Below are positions 46,783 through 57,597 of a stretch of 64,000 bases of DNA, one piece after another. Each line of letters begins with the position of its first letter. Positions within the stretch are counted from its first letter, which is position 1. The translations under genes were made by a program, and so were the position numbers. The notes under the pieces are model-generated. The model made no database searches. It worked only from the letters and a program-made list of their open reading frames with translations, and was not told the origin of the DNA. This stretch comes from Candidatus Latescibacterota bacterium (lineage in GTDB: Bacteria; Latescibacterota; UBA2968; UBA8231), in the NCBI GenBank assembly GCA_965197905.1, contig CBDAOB010000004.1:640001-704000 (forward strand). The letters are read 5' to 3'.

Positions 46783-48381
46783 TCAGGATACTTGCTTCTG
46801 GTGGAGCGCCTCCACCTGTGCCGCATCCCGCATCAGTTTGTAGTGCAGACTGTCTGTCAGGGCGATCCAGCTGGCTTCGATGATATTCTCGGACACCCCC
46901 ACGGTTCCCCAGACCTCGCGGCCGTCGGAAGATTCGATTAGCACCCGCACACGGGCAGCGGTTCCATCGGTGCCGGAAAGCACCCGTACCTTGTAGTCCT
47001 CCAGGTGCACTTGGCGAATGCTTGGAAACTCCTGTTCCAGTGCCTTGCGCAACGCCCGGTCGAGAGCGTTTACCGGCCCTTCCCCTTCGCCGACGGTGTG
47101 GTAGACCCGGTCGCCGACCGCCACCTTTACGATCGCCTCCGAAGCATCCTCGCCGGAGCCGTTCCGATTGATGGTGCGAAAGCTCACCAGCTCGAACAAG
47201 TTCTGGTAGCTTCCCATGGTTCTTCGGGCCAGAAGTTCGAAGGAACCCTCCGCCGCTTCGAACTGGTATCCTTGATTCTCCAGACGTTTCACCGCCCCCA
47301 GGATCTCTACTACCATCGGATCCTTCTTGTTCAACCCTGGGAAGACCCGGTCCAGCTTGGTAACCACAGTGCTGCTGCCCGACTGGTCCGACACGAGAAA
47401 GCGCCGTTCGTTGCCCACCAGCTCGGGGTCGCAATGCTCATAGCAGCGCGGATGTTTGGTCATCGCGTCTATGTGCACGCCTCCCTTGTGGGCGAACGCA
47501 CTTTCCCCGACAAACGGCTGCCGGTGATCGTGATAGACGTTGGCGATCTCGCTCAGGAAGCGGGAGAAGCCCATCAGCTCGGCCAGATGTTCGTCGCCGA
47601 TGGTGGTGCGATTCAGCTTCAACTCCAGGTTGGGGATCACTGTGCACAGATTGGCGTTGCCACATCGTTCTCCCAGTCCGTTGAAGGTCCCTTGGACCTG
47701 TAGCGCTCCCAGCTCCACTGCAGCTATGGTGTGTGCTACCGCCATGCCGGCATCGTTGTGGGTGTGAATGCCGAACGGAATTTCGATCTGCTCGATGGTA
47801 GCGGCGATGATGGCGGAGAGCTCCGAAGGCAGGGTTCCGCCGTTGGTTTCGCACAAAACGAGGATCCGGGCCCCGCCCCTTTGCGCCGCTTTGAGGGTCT
47901 CAATGGCGTACGCCGCGTCGTCTTTATAACCGTCGAAGAAGTGCTCGGCGTCGTACACCACCTCGCGACCGTTGCCGGTCAGAAATCCGACCGAATCCTC
48001 GATCAGATTGAGGTTCTCCTCCCGGGTAGTCCTGAGCGCAGCCTCCACGTGCAGCGTCCAGCTCTTGCCGAACAGGCAGACGGTATCGGTTTCGACCTGG
48101 AGCAGGGTGTTGAGGGTTGCATCCTCTTCGGGGGGCGTGATTGCTCTCCTGGTGCTGCCGAAAGCGGTTACCCGAGCACTCAATCCGAGCTTCTTAACAT
48201 CGCGAAAGAAAGCCAGATCCTTAGGATTGGTCGGATTGGGCCAACCCCCTTCGATGTAATGAACGCCCAGCGCGTCCAACCGGCGGGCGATCAGCAGCTT
48301 GTCCTCACCGGTGAATGCTATGCCTTCCGCCTGGGCACCATCGCGCAGGGTCGAGTCGTAAACTTCTACAAATCCATCCAT
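46783..48381 (-). CDS. cimA: Citramalate synthase
   Basis: DSTLRDGAQAEG, IEGGWP, FGKSW, YDAEHFFDG, ETNGG, GERCGN, FAHKGG, YQFEAAEGSFELL. Confidence 0.92.
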   Translation of the reverse strand: MDGFVEVYDSTLRDGAQAEGIAFTGEDKLLIARRLDALGVHYIEGGWPNPTNPKDLAFFRDVKKLGLSARVTAFGSTRRAITPPEEDATLNTLLQVETDTVCLFGKSWTLHVEAALRTTREENLNLIEDSVGFLTGNGREVVYDAEHFFDGYKDDAAYAIETLKAAQRGGARILVLCETNGGTLPSELSAIIAATIEQIEIPFGIHTHNDAGMAVAHTIAAVELGALQVQGTFNGLGERCGNANLCTVIPNLELKLNRTTIGDEHLAELMGFSRFLSEIANVYHDHRQPFVGESAFAHKGGVHIDAMTKHPRCYEHCDPELVGNERRFLVSDQSGSSTVVTKLDRVFPGLNKKDPMVVEILGAVKRLENQGYQFEAAEGSFELLARRTMGSYQNLFELVSFRTINRNGSGEDASEAIVKVAVGDRVYHTVGEGEGPVNALDRALRKALEQEFPSIRQVHLEDYKVRVLSGTDGTAARVRVLIESSDGREVWGTVGVSENIIEASWIALTDSLHYKLMRDAAQVEALHQKQVS

Positions 48382-48396
48382 GATAACCCGCTGATC

Positions 48397-49455
48397 TCAG
48401 GCGTCTGCGACAGCTTGTGCCACCAGATCGCCCACTTCCGCGGTAGAGTATCCCATCCGTCCAGCGCCCATATCTTTCAGTTTCCCGAGCACCTGGACGA
48501 TCGCATTCTCCATTAAAACTGCCGCCTCGGTCTGGCCCAGGGTATCCAGCATCAGCTGGGCGGCCGCGATCGCCGCCATCGGATTTATCACGCTTTGCCC
48601 GGTGTATTTGGGCGCCGAACCGCCAATCGGCTCGAACATGGATACGCCTTCGGGATTGATATTGCCGCCGGCAGCGATGCCCATGCCGCCTTGAATCATG
48701 GCGCCGAGATCGGTGATGATGTCGCCGAAGATGTTATCGGTGACGATGACGTCGAACCACTCCGGGTTTTTCACCATCCACATACAGATCGCGTCCACGT
48801 GGGCGTAGTCCCGTTTGATATCGGCGTAGTCAGCCTCGCCCACCTCATTGAAGGTGCGCTCCCACAAATCGAAAGCGAAGGTGAGCACGTTGGTCTTGCC
48901 GCACAGGGTCAAAGTCTTGTCCCGATTGCGCCGACGGCAGAAGTCGTAGGCGTAGCGCACACAGCGCTCCACTCCTTTGCGGGTGTTGATCGACTCCTGA
49001 ACCGCGATCTCATCCGGCGTGCCCTTCTTGTGAAAACCGCCGGCACCGGTATAAATGCCTTCCGTGTTCTCGCGCACTACCACGAAATCGATCTCTTCCG
49101 GTCCCTTATCCGCCAGGGGCGTTGGAACGTTCGGGTAGAGTTTGACCGGACGCAGGTTGATGTACTGGTCGAGCTCGAAGCGCAAGTGCAGAAGAATGCC
49201 TTTTTCAAGGATGCCCGGCTTGACGTCGGGATGCCCGATCGCTCCCAGAAGAATGGTGTCGAACTGCCGCAGATCGCCGACGGCGGATTCGGGCAGCACC
49301 TCGTTGGTGCGCAGATACCGATCGCCACCGAAATCGAACTCCTCTGTCTCGTACTTGAATCCCGTCTTTTCCGCCGCGACAGCGAGAACCTTGAGTGCCT
49401 CGGCGATAACCTCGGGGCCGGTGCCGTCACCCGGCAATACCGCGATCTTAGTCAA
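48397..49455 (-). CDS. leuB: 3-isopropylmalate dehydrogenase
   Basis: [43 protein letters not shown] start with a GAGGAGG RBS. Confidence 0.94.
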   Translation of the reverse strand: MTKIAVLPGDGTGPEVIAEALKVLAVAAEKTGFKYETEEFDFGGDRYLRTNEVLPESAVGDLRQFDTILLGAIGHPDVKPGILEKGILLHLRFELDQYINLRPVKLYPNVPTPLADKGPEEIDFVVVRENTEGIYTGAGGFHKKGTPDEIAVQESINTRKGVERCVRYAYDFCRRRNRDKTLTLCGKTNVLTFAFDLWERTFNEVGEADYADIKRDYAHVDAICMWMVKNPEWFDVIVTDNIFGDIITDLGAMIQGGMGIAAGGNINPEGVSMFEPIGGSAPKYTGQSVINPMAAIAAAQLMLDTLGQTEAAVLMENAIVQVLGKLKDMGAGRMGYSTAEVGDLVAQAVADA

Positions 49456-49493
49456 TCTTTCCTCCTCAATAATGTCGCGCCTGCAGGCGCTGT

Positions 49494-50090
49494 TTATTTA
49501 AAAGCTGTAACGTAGGGCAGTTTGGCGGCCGCATCGTCGATGGCGACACCGGCCTCGAGCAATTGACCCAGGGCATCCCAGGTTCCGCTCAGCAGCTGCT
49601 CCCGGGGCCCATCAGGAATCGTCCCTCGGACCTGGCCGCCTTTGAACGCGATGGTTTGACCGGCAAGGTCGATGGCGACCTCCTGCTGGGGATCCTCATC
49701 GATCGAATCCATGAGCGCCGACACGTCCGCGCCGCTGGCGGTCAAGCAGGGCAATCCAAGGGCGAGACAATTGCCGAAGAAGATCTCGGCGAACGATTCC
49801 GCCACGAATGCGTTTATGCCCCAGCGCATCAAGGCCTGCGGCGCATGCTCTCGCGAAGAGCCGCAACCGAAATTCTGATTGGCCACCAGAATCGATGACC
49901 CCTGGAAGCGCTCCTGGTCGAACGGGTGATCTCCCTGGGACCGTTCGTCCTCGAAGGCGTGGGGGCCGAGGTGTTCGAAGGTCACCGTGCGCAGAAAGCG
50001 CCCCGGGATGATCCGGTCGGTGTCGATGTCGGCGCCGCGTACGACTATCGCCTGTCCTTCTATCTGAGTTCTCTTGCTGTCTGTTGTCAT
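49494..50090 (-). CDS. leuD: 3-isopropylmalate dehydratase small subunit
   Basis: DIDTDRIIP, NFGCGSSREHAPQAL, SFAEIFFGN. Confidence 0.96.
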   Translation of the reverse strand: MTTDSKRTQIEGQAIVVRGADIDTDRIIPGRFLRTVTFEHLGPHAFEDERSQGDHPFDQERFQGSSILVANQNFGCGSSREHAPQALMRWGINAFVAESFAEIFFGNCLALGLPCLTASGADVSALMDSIDEDPQQEVAIDLAGQTIAFKGGQVRGTIPDGPREQLLSGTWDALGQLLEAGVAIDDAAAKLPYVTAFK

Positions 50091-50118
50091 CGTTCCTCTA
50101 CAGTTAACGTTTCGTTGA

Positions 50119-51522
50119 TCAGTTGAGCATTCCGCGCACGTCCACCACTTCTCCGCTCACGGCGGCTGCCGCCACCATAGCCGGACTCATGAGCAGCGTG
50201 CGTCCAGTTGGAGATCCCTGCCGCCCCTTGAAGTTTCTGTTGCTCGATGAGGCGCACAGCTCGCGACCCTGAAGCTTGTCCTGGTTCATGGCCAGGCACA
50301 TGGAGCAACCGGCGCCCCGCCACTCGAAACCGGCCTCTTCGAACACCTCGTGCAAGCCTTCGGTTTCAGCCGCTTGACGCACCTTCTTGGAACCGGGCAC
50401 TACCAGCGCCCTGACGCCGGGGGCTACCTTGCGGCCCTTGGCGACCCGTGCCGCCTCGCGGATGTCGGACAGACGACCGTTGGTGCACGAACCGATGAAG
50501 GCCACGTTGATCGGCGTGCCCACCACCTTTTGGCCGGCATCGAACTCCATGAACCGCATCGCCTCCTCGACATTCGAGCGTTCCGCTTCGGGGAACTCCG
50601 TTACCTCTGGAATTGTGCCGTCGATCGGCACCGATTGGCCCGGGGTAATGCCCCACGTCACCGTCGGGGCGATCTCCTCACCCGCAATCTCGAGTTCGTC
50701 ATCGTACACAGCATCGCTGTCGGAGGCCTGCTGGCGCCACCAATCGACCGCACGATCGAATCCAGCCCCGTCAGGCGTGTAGGTCCGACCCCTGAGATAG
50801 TCAAAGGTCGTTTGGTCCGGATTGATATATCCTACCCGGGCACCCCCTTCGATAGACATGTTGCAGATCGACATACGCTCTTCCATGGTCATCTTTTCGA
50901 TGACCTCGCCGCCGTATTCGTAAGCGAATCCCACACCGCCTTTTACACCGAGTTCCCGAATGATCTCCAGGATAACGTCTTTGGCGTAGACTCCAGGCCG
51001 CAGGGTGCCGGTTACGTTGATTCGTCTCGCCTTGAGCCGCGACATGGCCAGGCACTGGGTGGCCAGCACATCGCGCACCTGACTCGTGCCAATGCCGAAC
51101 GCGATGGAGCCGAAGGCCCCGTGAGTGGAGGTGTGGCTGTCGCCACAGGCGATGGTCATGCCGGGTTGGGTCAAACCCAGTTCCGGTCCGATCACGTGCA
51201 CGATACCCTGGTTCTCGTGGTTGATGTCGAACAGCGGCACCTGGAACTCGCCGGTATTCGCCTCGATCGCCACCGTCATCTCCTCGGCGAGATCGTCCAC
51301 GAACGGCCGCTTCGCCAGGTCGGTGGGCACGATGTGATCTACTGTTGCGAAGGTGAGATCCGGGAACCTGACCTTCAGGTTGCGCTCGCGCAGCATCTCG
51401 AACGCCTGAGGGCTCGTTACTTCGTGCACCAGATGCAGACCGATAAACAATTGGGTCTGACCGGACGGCAATTCACGCACCGCGTGGGTCTCCCAAACCT
51501 TTTCCAGCAATGTCTTTCCCAT
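50119..51522 (-). CDS. leuC: 3-isopropylmalate dehydratase large subunit
   Basis: [46 protein letters not shown]. Start ATG 51522. Confidence 0.97.
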   Translation of the reverse strand: MGKTLLEKVWETHAVRELPSGQTQLFIGLHLVHEVTSPQAFEMLRERNLKVRFPDLTFATVDHIVPTDLAKRPFVDDLAEEMTVAIEANTGEFQVPLFDINHENQGIVHVIGPELGLTQPGMTIACGDSHTSTHGAFGSIAFGIGTSQVRDVLATQCLAMSRLKARRINVTGTLRPGVYAKDVILEIIRELGVKGGVGFAYEYGGEVIEKMTMEERMSICNMSIEGGARVGYINPDQTTFDYLRGRTYTPDGAGFDRAVDWWRQQASDSDAVYDDELEIAGEEIAPTVTWGITPGQSVPIDGTIPEVTEFPEAERSNVEEAMRFMEFDAGQKVVGTPINVAFIGSCTNGRLSDIREAARVAKGRKVAPGVRALVVPGSKKVRQAAETEGLHEVFEEAGFEWRGAGCSMCLAMNQDKLQGRELCASSSNRNFKGRQGSPTGRTLLMSPAMVAAAAVSGEVVDVRGMLN

Positions 51523-51523
51523 T

Positions 51524-53071
51524 TTACACCGCCTGTTCCTGCAAACGACTGACACGCACCGCCATTCGGTTGAGTGCATCGATGTACGCCTTGGCGCTCG
51601 CCTCGATGACGTCGGTGGAAACGCCACGTCCTTTGGTGATTTCTCCGTTCTCGGTCACACGCACGGTCACTTCTCCCATCGCCTGGCTGCCGCTGGTCAC
51701 CGCGCGAATGTTGTATTCATCAACTTTGACCGAACGCCCCACTGCTTTTTCGATGGCGCGATAGGCAGCGTCCACGGGGCCATCGCCCCATGCCGACTTC
51801 TGCACGTGCTCGCCGTCGATGCCAAGCCGAACAGTAGCCGACGGCACCGTGCCGGTGCCACTGACTGAATGCAGATAATCGAGGCTGTACTTCTCCGGCG
51901 CGTGGCGCAGCTCATCTCCGACGATTACCATGAGATCCTCGTCGTACACCTCTTTCTTCTTGTCCGCCAACTCCAGAAAACGTTCGTAGGCTGACTCCAG
52001 TTCATCCGCAGCCAGCTCGTACCCCAGCTCTTCCAGACGGTGGCGGAGGGCATGACGTCCTGAACGAGCCGTCAAGACGATCTCGGTGTCGTCCAGGCCG
52101 ATGGCGCAGGGGTCGATGATCTCGTAGGTCTCGCGTCCTTTCAGCACTCCGTCCTGGTGGATGCCAGAGCTGTGCGCAAACGCATTGCTGCCGACGATGG
52201 CTTTGTTCGGAGCCACGACGATGCCCATGGAACGGCTCACCAGGCGGCTGGAAGCGATGATCTCCCGCCGCTCAACTCCAGTCCACAGATCGAAATAGTC
52301 GCGTCGCGTCGCGATCGCCATAACGATCTCCTCCAGGGAAGCGTTGCCCGCCCGTTCGCCCAGGCCGTTGACGGTGCACTCAGCTTGCCGGGCACCGGCC
52401 TTTAAGGCCGCGAGGGTGTTGGCTACCGCCATGCCCAGATCGTCGTGGCAGTGTACGCTGATGATCGCATTGGAGCTATTGGGCACTTCGTCGAGAATCG
52501 CGGCAATTAGGGCACCGAACTGTTCGGGCACCGCGTATCCGACGGTATCCGGCACGTTGATGGTTGTGGCGCCGGCGGCGATGGTTGCTTCGATCACCTC
52601 GTGCAGGTATCTCGGATCGGTGCGAGCCGCATCCATGGGCGAGAATTCCACGTCGCCGCCGTATGACTTGGCCAGCTCCACGGCGGCCACGGCCATCTTG
52701 AGCACTTCCGCCTCGCTCTTTCGCAGTTGTCCTTCGAGATGAATCTTCGAGGTGCCCACAAAGGTGTGAATGCGCGATCGCGGAGCGCCTTTGAGCGCCT
52801 CACCAGCACGATCGATGTCCTTCGCCAGGACGCGGGCCAGTCCGCATATCGTCGGGCCCTCCACTTCTTGGCCGATGCGCCGTACTGCCTCGAAGTCATC
52901 GTTGGAGGAGATGGGGAATCCCGCCTCGATAACGTCCACCTGAAGCTTTGCCAGCTGCTGTGCAACGGTAAACTTCTCTTCTACCGAGAGCGTAGCGCCG
53001 GGGGTCTGTTCGGCATCGCGCAGAGTGGTGTCGAAAATGATGATTCGGTTTTGATCCTTCTGGTCCGTCAT
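51524..53071 (-). CDS. leuA: 2-isopropylmalate synthase
   Basis: [49 protein letters not shown]-terminal regulatory domain. Confidence 0.96.
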   Translation of the reverse strand: MTDQKDQNRIIIFDTTLRDAEQTPGATLSVEEKFTVAQQLAKLQVDVIEAGFPISSNDDFEAVRRIGQEVEGPTICGLARVLAKDIDRAGEALKGAPRSRIHTFVGTSKIHLEGQLRKSEAEVLKMAVAAVELAKSYGGDVEFSPMDAARTDPRYLHEVIEATIAAGATTINVPDTVGYAVPEQFGALIAAILDEVPNSSNAIISVHCHDDLGMAVANTLAALKAGARQAECTVNGLGERAGNASLEEIVMAIATRRDYFDLWTGVERREIIASSRLVSRSMGIVVAPNKAIVGSNAFAHSSGIHQDGVLKGRETYEIIDPCAIGLDDTEIVLTARSGRHALRHRLEELGYELAADELESAYERFLELADKKKEVYDEDLMVIVGDELRHAPEKYSLDYLHSVSGTGTVPSATVRLGIDGEHVQKSAWGDGPVDAAYRAIEKAVGRSVKVDEYNIRAVTSGSQAMGEVTVRVTENGEITKGRGVSTDVIEASAKAYIDALNRMAVRVSRLQEQAV

Positions 53072-53241
53072 TTTGGTTTTCTCTCTGGGAAAGGCCGGAC
53101 TTCCGAGATCACTTGCAGATGGAACGGTCCGGCATGCTGCTCCATCTGCCGGCTAAGTTCGAGTTCGATCGACTCGGACGCCTCGTTAAGGGCGGGTTCC
53201 ATCTGCATCACCCCCTTCCGGGATTGGTATTTAGTGCCCTG

Positions 53242-54234
53242 CTACTTCGTGTCCAACCAGCTCATCATGCCGCGCAGCTTGGCGCCGACTTCTTCGATGA
53301 GGTGTTCTTGATCCTGCCGCTTGCGAGCATTGTACACCGGCCTGCCCACCTCGTTCTCCTGCAGCCACTCCTTGGCGAAGGTCCCGTTTTGCACCTCGCG
53401 GAGGATTTTTCTCATTTCGGTGCGGGTCTCTTCGGTGACAACGCGGGAACCGCGGGTCAGGTCGCCGAACTCGGCGGTGTCGGAGATCGACGAACGCATG
53501 TTGGCGATGCCGCCCTCGTAGATCAGGTCGACGATCAGCTTTACCTCGTGCAGACACTCGAAGTAGCAGATCTCCGGCTGATATCCGGCTTCCACGAGCG
53601 TATCGAATCCAGCGCGAATCAATTCCGTGATCCCACCGCAAAGCACCGATTGCTCGCCGAACAGATCCGTCTCCGTTTCCTCACGGAAGGTGGTGGTGAT
53701 GACACCGGCGCGGCCGGCGCCGATCCCTTTGGCGTACGCCAATCCGAGGTCGTGAGCACGGCCGGTGGCATCCTGATAGACCGCCAGAAGGCTCGGAACA
53801 CCGCCCCCCTGCTCGTACACCCGGCGCACCAGATGTCCCGGACCTTTGGGGGCCACCATGAAGACGTCAACGTCGTCGGGGGGAACCACCTGCTGGAAAT
53901 GGATGTTGAACCCATGGGCGAAAGCCAGAGCGTTTCCGGCTTGCAGATTCGGTTTGATGTCTGCCTCGTACACCCGGCGCTGTATCTCGTCGTTGATCAA
54001 GATCATGATAATGTCGCCGGCCTTGGCGGCGTCGGCGACGGTCATGACCACGAGGTCCTCTTTTTCGGCCGCAGCGCGACTAGCGCTGCCTTCGCGCAAG
54101 CCGACCACCACCTTGACACCGCTCTCTTTCAGGTTCAGGGAGTGGGCGTGACCCTGGCTGCCGTAACCGATTACCGCAACCGTCTTGTCGCTCAAGAGGT
54201 CGAGATTGGCGTCGCCATCGTAGAACATCTGCAT
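53242..54234 (-). CDS. ilvC: Ketol-acid reductoisomerase (NADP+)
   Basis: [45 protein letters not shown]. Confidence 0.98.
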   Translation of the reverse strand: MQMFYDGDANLDLLSDKTVAVIGYGSQGHAHSLNLKESGVKVVVGLREGSASRAAAEKEDLVVMTVADAAKAGDIIMILINDEIQRRVYEADIKPNLQAGNALAFAHGFNIHFQQVVPPDDVDVFMVAPKGPGHLVRRVYEQGGGVPSLLAVYQDATGRAHDLGLAYAKGIGAGRAGVITTTFREETETDLFGEQSVLCGGITELIRAGFDTLVEAGYQPEICYFECLHEVKLIVDLIYEGGIANMRSSISDTAEFGDLTRGSRVVTEETRTEMRKILREVQNGTFAKEWLQENEVGRPVYNARKRQDQEHLIEEVGAKLRGMMSWLDTK

Positions 54235-54366
54235 CGTGGGGATCTCCTGTTTTTGTGTGCTAGTCAGCAGTGATTATGGACATAGTTTTATGACCGCCTG
54301 TGATTGCTTCTCAGAGGCTTCGTTCGATTCTCGATTGTTGGAAAAAAACTAAGAGGAAACGAAGCC

Positions 54367-54492
54367 CTAGCTGAGAAAGCCGATAATAAGCAGAAGGGCT
54401 GGTCTAACTGGCAGGACGCGCAGAGAGCCGGTTCGTCGGCCGCGCGGAGCGACCGGCAAGGAGGAATCGATGTTGTTGGCCCGAGACTGCAT
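54367..54492 (-). CDS. Putative ilv/leu operon leader peptide (41 aa)
   Basis: Manual translation MQSRANNIDSSLPVAPRGRRTGSLRVLPVRPALLLIIGFLS*, with tandem CTT CTG CTT ATT ATC codons. Lies between the promoter and ilvC. Confidence 0.7.
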   Translation of the reverse strand: MQSRANNIDSSLPVAPRGRRTGSLRVLPVRPALLLIIGFLS

Positions 54493-54542
54493 TTGCTTCA
54501 AATCTTTACGGTTCAATTAGTTATCCGGCTCAAGAATAGAGA

Positions 54543-54571
54543 AATATAGAACCGGATTTTGGACATGTCAA
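54543..54571 (-). promoter_or_regulatory. Sigma70-type promoter for the leader-ilvC-leu operon
   Basis: Minus strand TTGACA-17 bp-TATATT, about 50 bp upstream of the leader ATG. Confidence 0.75.
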
Positions 54572-54762
54572 GAGTTGTGCGATCCTCCATCCTATCGGCA
54601 TTTCCGCTTCGATCTTCACCCAGTCCGACCGAGACTCCGGATGCCCAGATTGGCCCGATACCTGATCGGCTTTAGATTTGGTGCCGCAAAGATCGTGTTC
54701 AAGCCGTCATTCAGCCGCTTCCGACCTTCCCGTTTCGCACAGGTGCCGCCGGCCTCGACCGA

Positions 54763-55758
54763 ATGTCAGATTCCCTGGAAATCGCTGAAATCGCCGACGC
54801 CGAAGCCTGGGACGAGCTTGCGCGCAACGGTGTGGGAGGGTCGGTGTTCGCCACTCGCCCATGGCTGGAAAGTGCCCAACATGCGACAGGTGGAGCGTTG
54901 CGTTGTTTTGGATGTTTGAAGAGCGGTCGCCTGGTGGCGGGATTGTCGGGCATGGAGCGTAGCGGGGGTGGTCTGAAACAGCTGGCCACACCAGTGCTTA
55001 CGCCCCACGGCGGTTTGATCTACCAGCCGATCGAGGCGAAGAGCCCCGCCAAGCTGGAAGCGGACCGGAACCGCGCCACCGAGCTATTGCTGCACCACGT
55101 GTCGCAGCGGTACCATCACATCTCTCTGAGTCACGCTCCCGAGATCGAGGACCTCCGACCGTTCAGCTGGCTCGGCTTCGCGTCCCAGGTGCGATACACT
55201 TATCGCATAAATATCGCCAACCTGGAAGACACCTGGGAAAAGCTGGAGCGTCGCACCCGCGGAGTTATTCGCAAGGCGGAGGAGACCGGGTTCGAATTCA
55301 AAGAAACCGGTAACACAGAGTTGATACGGAGTCAGTACGAGCGGGTCTATGAGAGAAGCAACGAGCCGGCGCCGGTGGATCCGGCTGTGGTAGAACGTTT
55401 CGTGGGCAAGGTGCTGGATGACGGGCTCGCCCGGGCCTTCGTCATCGAAGCATCGGGCGAGGTTGCTTCGGTGGTCGTCTTCGTAAACGGCTTCGATACG
55501 GCCTACGCGTGGGTGGCAGGCCAGAATCCCGACTACGCCGCCAGCGGGGCCACCTCACTACTCTACTGGCGCTTCTTCGGACATACTGAGCTCGAGCAGT
55601 TCGACTTCGTTGGGGCGAACATGCCATCCATCGCCCTTTTCAAGCGCGGGTTCGGGGGCGATCTGACCTCCTACTACGCCGTCGAGCGATATCGCAGCAA
55701 GTGGGCCAGGGCGGCATTCGCCGCCCGCCGGTTCTCCCTTCGTTTGTTTGGCAGGTGA
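54763..55758 (+). CDS. GNAT/FemAB-like acyltransferase
   Basis: VRYTY, RRTRGVIRKA, SGATSLLYW, FDFVGAN, IALFKRGFGG. Confidence 0.8.
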   Translation: MSDSLEIAEIADAEAWDELARNGVGGSVFATRPWLESAQHATGGALRCFGCLKSGRLVAGLSGMERSGGGLKQLATPVLTPHGGLIYQPIEAKSPAKLEADRNRATELLLHHVSQRYHHISLSHAPEIEDLRPFSWLGFASQVRYTYRINIANLEDTWEKLERRTRGVIRKAEETGFEFKETGNTELIRSQYERVYERSNEPAPVDPAVVERFVGKVLDDGLARAFVIEASGEVASVVVFVNGFDTAYAWVAGQNPDYAASGATSLLYWRFFGHTELEQFDFVGANMPSIALFKRGFGGDLTSYYAVERYRSKWARAAFAARRFSLRLFGR

Positions 55759-55802
55759 GTCAGGTCTACCAGGCCCTCAAGAAACCTCCGGTTCACGATA
55801 GG

Positions 55803-56577
55803 TTACATCGGCCACATAAGACCCGCCATAATTCCGCCGTCGACATAGAGTACTTGGCGCGTCATAAAATCGGAAGCGGGGGAGGAGAGAAATACGGCGG
55901 TTCCAACCATGTCCTTCGGGGGCACCCAATCGGCCCGCAGGTGTAAGCTGGTGCACCCAGTCCTTCATCTTGGGGTCGTCCCATAACTTTCGATTCATGT
56001 CGGTCACTATGAATCCCGGACCGATGGCGTTGACCTGAATGTTGTACGGCCCCCATTCCGCCGCCAACCCTTTGGTCATCTGGCCGATCGCTCCCTTGCT
56101 ACCTCCGTAGACGGATATCTTCGGCACCCCGATCCCCGTCGTCAGCGAACCAATATTGACCACCTTGCCTCGACGGCGTTCGATCATTCCCTTGCCCACT
56201 TCCCGGCAGAGGAAATACGCCCCCTTGTAGTTGGTATCGGTGATCTGGTCGAATTCCACCTCGGTGATCTCTTCGATCGGCTTGCGGATATTGGTGCCGG
56301 CGACATTGAACAGGATGTCTATGGGTCCTAGCTGTCCTTCGACCTCGCGTACGGCATTGGGAATCGCGTCGATCTGGCTGATGTCCAACTCTTGCGTAAT
56401 CGTTTTGCCACCAGCGCCGGCGATCTGCGTTGCCACCTTTGTCAATGCATCCACACTCCGCGAGGCCAGAGCAACCGCTGCGCCGGCGTCGGCCAGACCG
56501 CGGGCAATCGCGGCACCGATCCCCCGGCTGGCACCGCTAACGAGTGCTACCCTGCCCCCGAGATCGAAAAGTTTCAT
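55803..56577 (-). pseudogene. SDR oxidoreductase (gluconate 5-dehydrogenase-like) with one-base frameshift near the 3' end
   Basis: SGASRGIG, NVAG, YGGSKG, VNAIGPG. Removing one base from the G5 run at 55918-55922 restores GAPKDMVGTAVFLSSPASDFMTRQVLYVDGG, ending at stop 55803. May be a sequencing error rather than a true pseudogene. Confidence 0.8.
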
Positions 56578-56583
56578 TCGTCC

Positions 56584-57592
56584 CTACTCTCCTCTCAGTT
56601 CCTTCGCTTTTGCAAACGCCCGTTCGCTCTGCTCCACCAGGTTCAGATGCGCGCTGACGTGGCCCAGCCAGTACCAGCTGTCGGCATGGGACGGATCGTG
56701 CTGCACTGCCTCCTTTAATACGGGCAGTGCCTCCTCCAGTCGCTCCAGCTTGATGTAGGTGACCGCCAGATCATGCGCCGCGTCGGCGTCGGATGGGTCC
56801 GCCTCCAGCGCTTTCGCGTAATACCGTATCGCCTGCTTAAATTCCTCCCGCAACCAGTGAATGCGTCCGACGTTTGCGAGCACCGCTCCGTTCCCCGGGT
56901 CGACCTCGAGCACGCGCAGAAAAATCTCCAGCGCTTTCTGATCCTGCTGTGAAAGCGAATAGGCATTGGCCAGTGTGATCAGGGCGTCTTCGTTGTCGGG
57001 ATTGCCCGAGAAACCGCTGCAGGTGCTCAGCGGCCTCCCCGTACCGTTGTCCGTTGTAGTGGAGCTGCCCGATCAGTAAAGACAGCTCCAGATCTTCGGG
57101 ATCCAATGCACGAGCTTTTTCGTACGCCTGGATGGCCTCTTCAACTCGCCCTGCTCGCAAGTAGCTGACCCCCAGGTTTTTCATCGATGGCACCCGCTTG
57201 GGATCGATGATCGTGGCGTCTTCGAACTCCTCGATAGCTCTAGCGTAATCTTCGGTGTTGATCGAGCCGACCCCGCGGTTGTAGCTCTCGACCCAAAACT
57301 CCTCGCGCGAGAGTGCCACCTTCGGCTCCCACTCTGCGTCCAACGTGATCGCTGCACCATACTCGGTGTTCATGCGTCCGAACTCACCCGACTTTCCGTA
57401 GGCAGATCCCAGATAGAACCGCGCCTCGGCGTTTTCGGGTGTCGCCTCAACCGCCAGCTCCAGCTGCTTTAAGGCGTTGGTCCAGTCGTCCTGTTGAATA
57501 TAGATCTTGGCCGAACTCAGATTCTTCGTCTGGCAGCTCGAGAATAGGACCATGGCGACGAGAATCAGCGCAGCGACAGGCAAGCTGTTCAC
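56584..57592 (-). pseudogene. TPR lipoprotein split by a frameshift near 57005
   Basis: Lipobox LFSS-C, SSAKIYIQQ, serial TPRs. The repeats continue as GNPDNEDALITLANAY... in a different frame to stop 56584. May be a sequencing error. Confidence 0.75.
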
Positions 57593-57597
57593 CTTGT

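Noticed and set aside
50350..54273. Long plus-strand ORFs opposite leuC, leuA and ilvC
   Set aside because: Antisense shadows expected in high-GC coding DNA, with no recognisable motifs.
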